Source of the DNA: an uncultured Acidimicrobiia bacterium
GTDB taxonomy: Bacteria > Actinomycetota > Acidimicrobiia > Acidimicrobiales > Ilumatobacteraceae
Direction: 5' to 3'
Length of the DNA: 64,000 nucleotides
Assembly: GCA_963822315.1 (NCBI GenBank)
Contig: CAWGHB010000010.1
Coordinates: 88,377 to 152,376, forward strand
Both the position numbers and the translations under genes were made by a program. The notes below the pieces were generated by a model. The model saw nothing but the letters and a program-made list of their open reading frames with translations, had not been told where the DNA came from and searched no databases. Positions within the stretch are counted from its first letter, which is position 1. Each line of letters starts with the position of its first letter. Below are positions 55,361 through 64,000 of the stretch, piece by piece.

Positions 55361-57096
55361 TCAGGCGTCCGCCGGGTCGGGGCCGCGACCTGCCGGAACC
55401 ACCTGCGTCGCAGCGGTTCCCGTCGCCTCGACAGGCGCACCGATGGCTTCGTCGAACCCGCGCACCATGTCGGACGCGGCGTACGCCGCGCTCGGCGCCT
55501 CCGACGATGCGGTCCGGGCGGACGAGCACGACCGACTCCGGCCGACCGTCGAACCAAGTCTTGAGCGTCCCGTCGAGGTCGCCGACGACCAAGACCGACT
55601 CGTCGGGCTCGGCCTCGTCCCACCGCAGCTGCACCGCGGGGCGGGCGGCCACCAGCCGGACGTCGGCGCCGCGCGAGCCGGGCTCGGGCGTCGACGTCGA
55701 GGACGGCCGCTGGATCGTTGTTCCAGACCACGAGGGCGAACCACGGGCCGAGCGCATCGTCGAGCTTGAGCGACGCGATCTCGCGGGTGCACACCGTGGG
55801 CTGGATGAACAGCCGGCCCACCGTGGTCACCTCGCCCGCGGAGCCCACGTGGGTGAGCGCGCCGTCGGACAGGGTGGGCATGGGCTTGAACCGCATCTGC
55901 ACGATGTAGCTCTTGGCCATCGGTGCGACCGAGATGGCGCGGAAGAACAGGTTCCTCGCGGTCGCCGTCGCCCGGTTGGTGACCGAGACGAACCTGCCGA
56001 CCCAGGTCGACAGCGAGATCATGGCGCGGACGTGGGCGCGCCGCTCGGTCTCGTAGGTGTCGAGCAGCGTGTCCGCCGCGAGCCCTCGCAGCACCATCGC
56101 GAGCTTCCACGACAGGTTCACCGAGTCGCGAATGGCGCTGTTGTAGCCCTGCCCCTGCCACACCGGCATGACGTGTGCGGCGTCGCCGACCAGGAACACC
56201 CGGCCGGAACGAAAGCTGGACGCCATCCGGGAGTGGTGGGTGTACACGCGCCGACGGATGATGTCGACCGGTGCCGTGCTGGGTACGAACGGTTCGAGCA
56301 GCCGGGTGACGAACTCGTCGGTCATGGCGTTCGCCTCGGTCTCGCCGGGCTTCAGCATGAACTCGAACCGGCGGATGCCGTGAGGGATGCTGATCGACAC
56401 GAACGGCCGCTCCGGGTCGGCCCACACGTAGGCGCCCGGTCGACCCAGCGGGTCGTTGCGCAGGTCGATCACGAGCCAGTCCGCGCTCGCGGACGTCCCT
56501 TCGAACGCGAGCCCCAACCCCTTGCGGGTGGCGCTGCTGCCGCCGTCGGCGCCCACGACGTACCGGGCCCGGACGGTGCGGTCGCCGGCGGGGTGCGACA
56601 CCGCGAGGGCCACACCTTCGTCGTCCTGCGCGACTCCCGTCACGCGGGCCGACCACTGCACCTCGACCGACCCGAAGCGGTCGAGGCCCTCCAGGAGGAC
56701 CCGGTCGGCGAGGGGCTGTACGAACCCGTTGCGCCGCGGCCACCCGAACTCACCGGTGGGCGGCGCGAGCCGGGCGAGGTCGCGCCCCTTCGCGTCGACG
56801 AAGACGAGCTGCTGGTGGGGGACCGTGTGCTGCAGCACCTCGTCGACGACCCCCGCCGTCTGGAAGGTGCGCAGTGTCTCGTCGTCCATCCCGACGCCAC
56901 GCGGGTAGTCGATGAGGCCGGGTCCCGCCTCCAGCACCGTCACGCGCAGGCCATAGGTGCCCAGCAGGTTGGCCATCATCAGGCCCGACGGACCGGCACC
57001 CACCACTGCGACGTCGACGACGTCGCCGGGCACCGGGCCTGCGGAGCCGTTGAGCGCAGAGCCGTCACTACCAGAACCATGGAGAGGCAACGTCAT
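55361..57096 (-). pseudogene. FAD-dependent aromatic hydroxylase (MhpA/PheA-like), two C-terminal frameshifts
   Basis: VAVVGAGPSGLMMANLL, VVGADGGSSATR and GRVFLVGDAAHVMPVWQGQGYNSAIRD are intact in ORF 55138..57096. ..DARARLA then GADVRLVAARP..LVRPDRIVGG (another frame, from about 55690), then SAAYAASDMVRGFDEAIG..* (third frame, from about 55495, stop 55361). Confidence 0.75.
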
Positions 57097-58089
57097 CCTG
57101 GTCCTTCACGGGCAGTGTCGAACGCGTAGGCGAGCGCCCCGTACACGTCGCGCAGCATCTGCGCGGTGCGCGGGGTGCGGGGGACCCCACCGAATCCGCC
57201 GTGGATCACGCCAGGGTACACGTGCAGCTCCACCGGGACCCCGGCGTTGGAGAGCCGACCCGCGTACTCGATGCTCTCGTCGAGGAAGCCGTCGACGTCA
57301 CCGATCGACAGGAACACCGGGGCCAGCCCTCTCAGGTCCGCCTCGCGAGCAGGCGCGGCTGAGCCGGGCACGGCGTCGGTGCCGGACAGGCTGCCGAGGT
57401 ACGCCTCCCACACCATGCGGTTCGCCTGCAGGTGCCACAGACCCCAGTGCCCGGGCTCGGCCAGTGCGCGGATCGACGACGTCACCTCGCGGTCGTCGAG
57501 CATCGGGTACACCAGCAGCTGCAACAGGGGCTGCGGGACAGCACTGCCGGCGCGGGCGTCGTCTCGCAGTCGGATGCAGAGTCCGGCCACCACGCCCGCG
57601 CCCACGCTCGCGCCACCCAGGACGAGGCGTTCGGGATCGACGCCGTGGGCCGCGGGATCGCCGGTGAGGCGCCTGCCACACGGTGTCACCGTCGTCGACG
57701 CCCGCCGGGTACGGGTGCTCTGGGGCGAGCCGGTAGTCGACCGACACCACTGCGCATCCGAGCTCGATCACCATCCGGTCGAGCCGACCGTCGTTCTCGT
57801 CGAGGTCGCCCATGATGAACGCTCCCCCGTGCATCCACAGCAAGCACGGCAGCGGTCCGTCCACGCCCGCCGGTCGGTACCAACGCACCGGCACGTCCGG
57901 ACGTCCGGCGTTGCCCGGCACGACCGCGTCGGTGCGCGTGACCCGGGGGTCGGGCGCGAACGGCGGCGGGTGCACGGTGGAATAGGAGCTGCGGATCGTG
58001 GCGATGCTCGTGAGGTCCCACCGGGTCAGCCGATCGAGGAGCTCGACGGTGCCCGGTTCGACGCGCCGCGGGACCTCGTCGGGCCGCAT
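57093..58089 (-). pseudogene. alpha/beta-fold esterase/lipase (hormone-sensitive-lipase-like), one frameshift
   Basis: ..LLWMHGGAFIMGD..VSVDYRLAPEHPYPAGVDDG (frame of ORF 57298..58404) continues near 57668 as LTGDPAAHGVDPERLVLGGASVGAGV (GxSxG)...YPGVIHGF (ORF 57093..57689). The stop overlaps the next ATG as ATGA. Confidence 0.7.
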
Positions 58090-58168
58090 CAGCGGGCCTC
58101 GTCGACGAAGAACGCGCGCATCCGCGACCGGTCGACGAACTTCTCCTCGTCGAGCGCCATGGCGGCCA

Positions 58169-59993
58169 TCAGCCCGCCTTCGCCGACGGCGAGGCCACGT
58201 GGTCAGGGCGGGTCGGGTCGACGGGCGCGATGCCCTCCTCGATGGCCTTGATGAGCATCGCGGTGAACGCGGAGTAGTACCTGACGACCCGGATGAACCC
58301 CGTGGCGAACCACAGCCCGGGTTGTGCAGAACGGCGCCAGGTGTTGGCCAGCTCGCCGTCGGCCGCACGGACGTAGGCGTCCGAGATCTTGGCGCCCGCA
58401 TCACCGAGCGCCGGCCCGATGTGGCCCCAGAAGTTGTGGTAGCCGGTGGCGAACACGAGGAGGTCGTACCTCTCGCGTGTGCCGTCGCTGAAGACGATCG
58501 TGTTGCCGTCGACGATCTCGCTGACCTCGACGCCCTGCTTGAGGGTGATGGTCCCGTCGGCGATCAGGCTCGACGCGCCGATGTCGATCTGAAAGCTGTC
58601 CGCGCCCGCCATGCGTGCACCGATGATGCCGGTGCCGTTCGGACCCCAGTGCAGTTTGAACCCGCGGGCCTCGAGGCGGTCGAGGAGGTCCTGGTCCTCC
58701 TGCTTGGCCAGCTGCACGAGCGTGCGCTGCAGGTCGTCTCCCGGTCCCTCCGCAGGCAGCGTGTACGCGATCTGGTCGAGGTACTCCGCCGGCAAGGTCG
58801 CGTCCTCTGTGAAGAGAGAGTTCCAAATCTTGTGGTACGAGGCGAAGCTGACCACATAGGTCGAGCTGCGCTGCAGCATCGTCACGTCCGCGCCCTGCTC
58901 CCACAGGTCGTGCGCGAGCTCGTGGCCGCTCACGCCCGCACCGATGACCAGGGCGCGCTTGCCCGCGAAGTCCGCGGCGTTCTGGAACGAGTCGGAGTGC
59001 ACCGCCAGGCCCTCGTACGACGTCGAGACCCTCGATCTCCGGGATCCTCGGCGGCCCGTACATGCCGCCGGCCACGACGAAGTGCCGGGGGTGCAGCACC
59101 CGGACGGTGCCGTCGGGCCGTTCCACCCGGATCGACCACACGGCCGCGTCGTCGTCGTAGTGGGCGTCGAGGAAGGTGGTGCTGGTCCAGACGTTGAGGT
59201 CCATCAGGGTTGCGTACGACTCGAGGAAGCCGGCCCACTTGTCCTTGGGTGTGTGCGAGGTCCAGTTGGGCGGCAACGGCAGGTAAGGCAGGTGGTCCCC
59301 CCAAACCGTGCTGTGCAGCGCGAGCGAGGCGTAGCGCTTGCGCCACGTGTCACCGACGCGTGCCTCCTTCTCGATGACGAGGGTGCGGACATCGAGCGCT
59401 CCCAGACGAGCCGCGATCGACAGCCCGTTGTGCCCGGCGCCCAGCACCACGACCGCGGGCTCGTCGTCCTCGAACGCCTGCTCCTGCAGCCGGTCCTCGT
59501 GCCAGCGGGTCCGGTTGGGGACCACGTCGTAGACCTTGCCCTCGGGCCGGTTGTGTCGCACGCCCTCGGGAAACTCCGGGAGACTGATCAGCTGGGTCTG
59601 CACCATCGATGCGGCGAACGGGCCGCGGTCGCGGCTGAGCACGACGTGACCGCGATCGGTCCGGTTGCTCGTGGTGAAGTCGAAGAACACCCGGATCGCG
59701 CCGTCGACGAGCTCGGGCGGAACCGTCTGGTTGACCTGGAAGTCACCCGCCTCGGACTCCTTCACCAGGTTCAGCAACCAGGGCACCAAGGCGGCGCGAC
59801 CGATGGCGTGGCTGAAGTCCCAGGACATCGCCATGAAGTCGCGCCACGTCGCCTGCTCCTGGAAGAGCGGCTCGAGGTCGGACGCGGATCCGGTCGTCAC
59901 CGCGGCGGCGAGGTCCGCCACCCAGCCCGCGGCGATGTCGGCCGCGTCGGCGTCGCTGGCGTGCACGGCCGCCGCTAGTGCGCTGTCTGTCAC
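58169..59993 (-). pseudogene. flavin-containing monooxygenase-like NAD(P)/FAD oxidoreductase, one frameshift
   Basis: AVVVLGAGHNGLSIAARL...GGMYGPPRIPEIEG (ORF 58401..59993) continues near 59030 as STSYEGLAVHSDSFQNAADFAGKRALVIGAGVSGHELA.. (ORF 58169..59002). Confidence 0.7.
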
Positions 59994-60053
59994 ACGATCT
60001 CCCCTTCGTTTGCGGCGTCGCCGTCGACGCAGCGAGCCAGTGCCGTTCTTACG

Positions 60054-61701
60054 TCATTCGGTGCGGCCGGCGGGTGCCGGACGACCGCTGCGGTCACGCG
60101 CGGCCGCGCGGCCGCTGTACATCCCCCACACGCCGGCGACGGCAAGCGTCGCGCCGGCACCGCCGTAGACCATGCCGCACGGGCTCGCCATCACGTTGCC
60201 CGCGGCGAACAGGCCCGGGATCACAGCGCCGTCGACGTCGAGCACTCTGCCCTCGCGGTCGGTGCGCGGCCCACCCTTGGTGCCGAGGGCGGAGCTGGTC
60301 ACCTCGACGCCGTAGAACGGCCCGGTCTCGAGCGGACCCAGGGTCGCGAACGGCGAGTCGGGGTCCGACATCCTCCCGCCAGGGAACCGGTCGAACGTGC
60401 TGCTACCACGGGTGAAGTCGGGGTCGATGCCCGCACGGGCGTGGTCGTTGAACCGCTTGACCGTGCCGTGCAGCTCACCCGCGTCGATCCCGAAGTGTTC
60501 CGCCAGCTCGTCGAGGTCGTCGGCACGCGCGACCCAGTCGGGCACCGGCTGGCCCGCCGCTCCACCGAACACGCCGAAGCGGTCGACCGTCGACTGGTCG
60601 AAGATCATGAAGGCGGGCAGGTTGGGGTACTCGAGCCGCGGACGCGTCGAGCTGGTGGAACGCACCGCCGAAGGCGTTGTAGTTGGCGGCCTCGTTGGCG
60701 AACCGTCGTCCGTAGCGGTTGACCATCAGCGACCCCGGGAGCGCCCGCTCGCCGCGAGCTCAGCAGCCCGTTCTGCCCACCGTCGGCCCGGGTGCCCGGG
60801 GTCGTGACGACCGGGGACCACCACGCCTCGCGCATGTTGCCCAGCTGCGCACCGACGCGCATCGCCATGCGGAGGCCGTCGCCGGTGTTCGTCGCGGCAC
60901 CGATGCCTCGGACCAGCGGGCCGCGGAGGAAGTCGCGCACGAGCTCGCGATCGAACTCGAAGCCACCGGTCGCGAGGACGACCGAGCCCGCACCGACCGG
61001 CTCGACGCCGTCGGCCGTCGAGACCTCGACGCCGCGCACCCCGTCGTGCCCGTTCAGCAACCGCAGCGCCCGGGTGCCGGTGACCACCTCGACACCACGC
61101 GCGAGGCACGCCTCAGCAGCCCCGCCACCAGTGCTCGCCCCTGGCCCTCCTGCTGCGCCTGCTCGCGTTCGGCGACCACCTCGGCCGACAAGACGCCGGT
61201 ACCGCCGCCGAGCGGCATCTCGACCAGGACGATCCGGCGGGGCTCGCCCCCGATTCGGGACGCCCACTCCCCCAGGCCCGCCAACGAGACCAGGCCCGGC
61301 TCGAGCGTGCGGCCGCCGTTCGGGAGGGCCCCGGGGTGCTCGGTGTGGTAGTCGGGGTAGCCCGGCACCATCACGAGGCGGATCTTGGTGTGCTCGTGGA
61401 GGAAGTCGACGTACTGAGGACCACCTTCGACGAGCGCCTGGACGAGCTCGGGGACGAGCATCCCGTTCGACAGGCTCGACAGATACTCCAGCCCGCGCTC
61501 CTCAGAGTCCTCGATGCCCACGGCCCGCGCCAGCTGGTTTCCGGGGATCCAGATGCCGGCACCCGACCACGCAGTGGTGCCGCCCACGACGTCGGCCTTC
61601 TCCAGCACCGCGACGGACACGCCTTCGAGGGCCGCGGCGAGCGCGGCCGTCAGGCCGGCGGCTCCCGAGCCGAGCACCACGACGTCGTAGGCCTCTTGCA
61701 T
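60054..61701 (-). pseudogene. FAD-binding dehydrogenase (KstD / fumarate-reductase-flavoprotein-like), at least three frameshifts
   Basis: MQEAYDVVVLGSGAAGLTAALAA..VGGTTAWSGAGIW (ORF 61054..62217), ARGVEVVTGT..VVLATGGFEFD (ORF 60605..61267), VNRYGRRFANEAANYNAF (ORF 60475..60726), ..VIPGLFAAGNV..* (ORF 60054..60665). Shifts near 61125, 60745 and 60650. Confidence 0.7.
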
Positions 61702-61832
61702 CGCACGCCCTCCGCCAGGTCCGGGAACCCGGTCTTGTGCAGGTACTGCATCATGCTGCTCCCCAACTGCAGCGGTCGGCATGGTACCGACGGACTTTCG
61801 TCCCCCGCAAGGCGTTGCGGACGCTGCGAGGA

Positions 61833-62720
61833 TCAGACGGCCAGCAGGTCGGCCGTCGCCGCGACGCCCATGCCGGTGATCCACTCCGCGACCGGCTCGT
61901 AGGCGACGGGCACGAGCGGGGCGCCGGCGGCGAACGCCGTCGCGATCCACGTCCGCACCTCGGCACCCCCTGCACCGGCGGGTGCGAGGTCCTCGGCGGT
62001 CAAGGTCGCCAGTGACTGCCAGTCGGGACCCGAGACGCGCCGCAGGAACTCGTGGTCCCACGGCGGGTTGATGGCCTCGACCGCTCGCGCCATGTTGTCG
62101 GTGATCAGCTGCTGGCGCTCGGCCTCCGGCAGGTCCTGCGCACCGGCCACCAGGGACGGCGGGGCGTGGGAGAGCCCGCCGGAGCCGACCACGAGGACCC
62201 GGTCGTCGGGACCGCACTCCTGCCGGACGAAGTCGCCGACCGCCTCACCCAGCCGCGCCACCCGCGCCGCGGTCGCGATCGGCCGGCCGATGCAGTTGAC
62301 GACCACGGGGACCATAGGGTGCGCCGAGAACGAGCCGAAGAGGTCGCCGGTGGACTGACCGAAACCGTGGTCCAGACGGAGGTGGGGCGCCGTCGCCACG
62401 TCGACCCCGGCGTCCACCAGCCACCGGCCGAGCGCGACGGCGCGTTCCGTCGGCACGTCGTAGTCCTCCTCGACGGTCCCCCAGTCGCCGTAGCCGGTGG
62501 CCGACTCCGCGATCGTGAAGCACGGGGTGATCCCCACCAGCGCCCGGAGGTGGTCGGGGCCGAAGTAGACGACGAGCGTGGGGTCGAACCGGGCCACGGC
62601 CTCGGCAACCACGGCGAACCCACGCCGGAACTCCAGGCCCAGACGGTGCTCGACGTCCTTGGACATCGGCGGGCTGTGCGAGAGCGCGACGCCCGCCACA
62701 CGCGGTCCCGAACCGCTCAT
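61833..62720 (-). CDS. class III extradiol ring-cleavage dioxygenase (LigB/MhpB-like)
   Basis: Start MSGSGPRVAGVALSHSPP after GGAGG. ..YFGPDHLRAL..LRLDHGFGQ..VLVVGSGGLSHAPP. Intact 295 codons. Confidence 0.7.
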   Translation of the reverse strand: MSGSGPRVAGVALSHSPPMSKDVEHRLGLEFRRGFAVVAEAVARFDPTLVVYFGPDHLRALVGITPCFTIAESATGYGDWGTVEEDYDVPTERAVALGRWLVDAGVDVATAPHLRLDHGFGQSTGDLFGSFSAHPMVPVVVNCIGRPIATAARVARLGEAVGDFVRQECGPDDRVLVVGSGGLSHAPPSLVAGAQDLPEAERQQLITDNMARAVEAINPPWDHEFLRRVSGPDWQSLATLTAEDLAPAGAGGAEVRTWIATAFAAGAPLVPVAYEPVAEWITGMGVAATADLLAV

Positions 62721-63435
62721 GCGCCCACCTCCGTGCTCACCGTCGCCCGGAGTTCGGCCAGGTGGACACGGGTGGACATCCACCGGCGTTCCCAGAATCG
62801 CTCCGGACGTTCCGGCACACCGACGCACATGCTCACCACGCTGTCCTTCAGAAGAAGTCGTCCACCGCCAACCCGGCGCAGCAGCTCAGGGTATCGATCG
62901 GCGACCATGGGCCCGCGCCCGGGTGGTCGTGATGGTGGTGTACGGGCGCACCGGGCGGGTGGTCGCCCGGCGACCGTCGGGGAAGCGACAGGCGCCGGCC
63001 ATCTCGAGGCCGGCCGCCTCAGGTCGCTGCCGGGCCGAAGACCGGCAGGAGGTACTCGCCGTGCGCGTCGACGCAGCCACGAACCATGATGCCGCGCCCG
63101 CCGCAAGGCCCGCCCAGGCCAAGGGGAGCCCGTCGAGCGGGGAGATGATGTCCGTTCGTCCTCGGGTGGAGGCCGATGCCGCACAGTCGGCCGGAGCGGG
63201 GCGCCCGGCGGCAGGTCGGTGAGATCAGCGCAACCTGGTACAGCTCGCCGCCCATCAGCCCGAACCCCGGCTCGAGGCCAACGTCCGTATAGAAGCGGCG
63301 GAGCAGCTCGTCGACGAGGCGCCAGCGAATCCAGTTGGTGTACGTGCTGCCCTCGCCCGCAAGGCCGGACGTGTTGAACGCCCCGAGATGCATCGTGTGG
63401 TCGTCCCACCACGACTGGTCGGAAGCTGCCATCAT
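62717..63435 (-). pseudogene. unassigned gene, reading frame apparently broken at least twice
   Basis: A coding-looking N-terminus (MMAASDQSWWDDHTMHLGAFNTSGLAGEGSTYTNWIRWRLVDELLRRFYTDVGLEPGFGLMGGELYQVALIS) turns into Arg/Pro/Gly-rich text. A coding-looking C-terminus (MVADRYPELLRRVGGGRLLLKDSVVSMCVGVPERPERFWERRW..*) lies in another frame and ends in an ATGA overlap with the dioxygenase. Family not recognised. Confidence 0.3.
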
Positions 63436-63479
63436 CTCAACTTGAAGCCGTAACGGTGCTGGAGAGCGGCGGGTCCACC

Positions 63480-64000
63480 GAGAACATCGAACAAGACCTC
63501 ACCCTCAATCCGACAATGCGCTCTTCGCCGAGCTGCTGGCGGACGGGCGCACGGGTGCCTCAGGGCGCTCCGGCGGTCTCTTGCCCAAGAGCGTGAGGAA
63601 CGTCCACGGGCTTCTGCACCGGGCGTTCCGTGACGCAGTGCGCTGGAGGCGGCTGGCGGTGAACCCGTGCGACGCTGCCGACCAGCCGCGGAGGCAAGCG
63701 CCGGAGATGCGAGCGTGGACGGCGGCCCAGCTCGGTCGGTTCATCGCCGCGACGGCCGAGGAACGGGAGGCAACGCATGGTGGCAGCTGCTGGCCACGAC
63801 TCGAGGGGACTGTTGAACCCCCCTCCCCTCCCTTCCGCCCCTGCACGGTGTGCGCCTCGGGCGAGGCGGGCGGCCTGATCGGATGGGCTGGGCGTGGCGG
63901 CGAGCTGCTCGTGACCGAGCCTGACGGGTCGCCGGTGCACCCGCAGATGCTGACGCGGCGGTTCGGCGTCGTGATCAAGCGAGCCGAGTTGCCAGTGATC
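63480..64000 (+). mobile_element. tyrosine recombinase (phage-type integrase) remnant, 3' end off window
   Basis: ..GLLPKSVRNVHGLLHRAFRDAVRWRRLAVNPCDAADQPRRQAPEMRAWTAAQLGRFIAA is core-binding-domain-like. LWWQLLATT is out of frame, followed by a C/T-rich insert at 63818-63842. ASGEAGGLIGW..ELLV runs directly into TEPDGSPVHPQMLTRRFGVVIKRAELPVI, so most of the catalytic core between them is missing. The N-terminal arm-binding part is absent. Confidence 0.55.

Overview
Very GC-rich DNA (about 70% by eye) of actinobacterial type: it has an Rpf domain protein, a DosR-like regulator, PPOX/F420-family proteins, many GTG starts and many ATGA/GTGA stop-start overlaps. I call about 70 protein-coding loci and no rRNA, tRNA or CRISPR. 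All homology calls come from motif recognition by eye; no search was run.

Layout:
- 1-13.4 kb: intact metabolic and housekeeping genes (phoH, thiolase, crotonase, UvrD-like helicase, flavin monooxygenase, M20 peptidase).
- 13.5-22 kb: DNA glycosylase-like gene, rpf, nhaA, a proteasome-type protease, and a two-component system with an ABC transporter.
- 24.9-38.1 kb: a hypoxia/dormancy-type island. It holds a DevS-like GAF kinase, a DosR-like regulator, five USP genes, five paralogous PPOX-like genes, an alcohol dehydrogenase (ADH), a CoA-transferase, a Pat-type GNAT, a flavodoxin and an ACP-like protein.
- 38.2-40.5 kb: TetR, di-iron protein and hemerythrin-like protein.
- 41-52 kb: accessory genes (PP2C phosphatase, SDRs, P450, ADH, CBS protein, ABC transporter).
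- 52-55 kb: mazF remnant, SulP permease and a low-GC secreted mini-protein cassette.
- 55.4-63.4 kb: catabolic oxygenase cluster.
- 63.5-64.0 kb: degraded tyrosine-recombinase gene.

Main signals:
1. A strictly oriented 15-nt operator, GKGACSTTSGGCCCT, occurs at 11 promoters. Its spacing to a NANNNT -10 hexamer is fixed, and in at least seven cases so is its spacing to the start codon. This implies a DosR-type regulon with leaderless mRNAs.
2. About 20 genes carry frameshifts or internal deletions. The lesions cluster by gene and none lies in the first 13.4 kb.
3. A 38-nt interspersed repeat sits at gene junctions.

Lesion positions were reconstructed by eye and are approximate.
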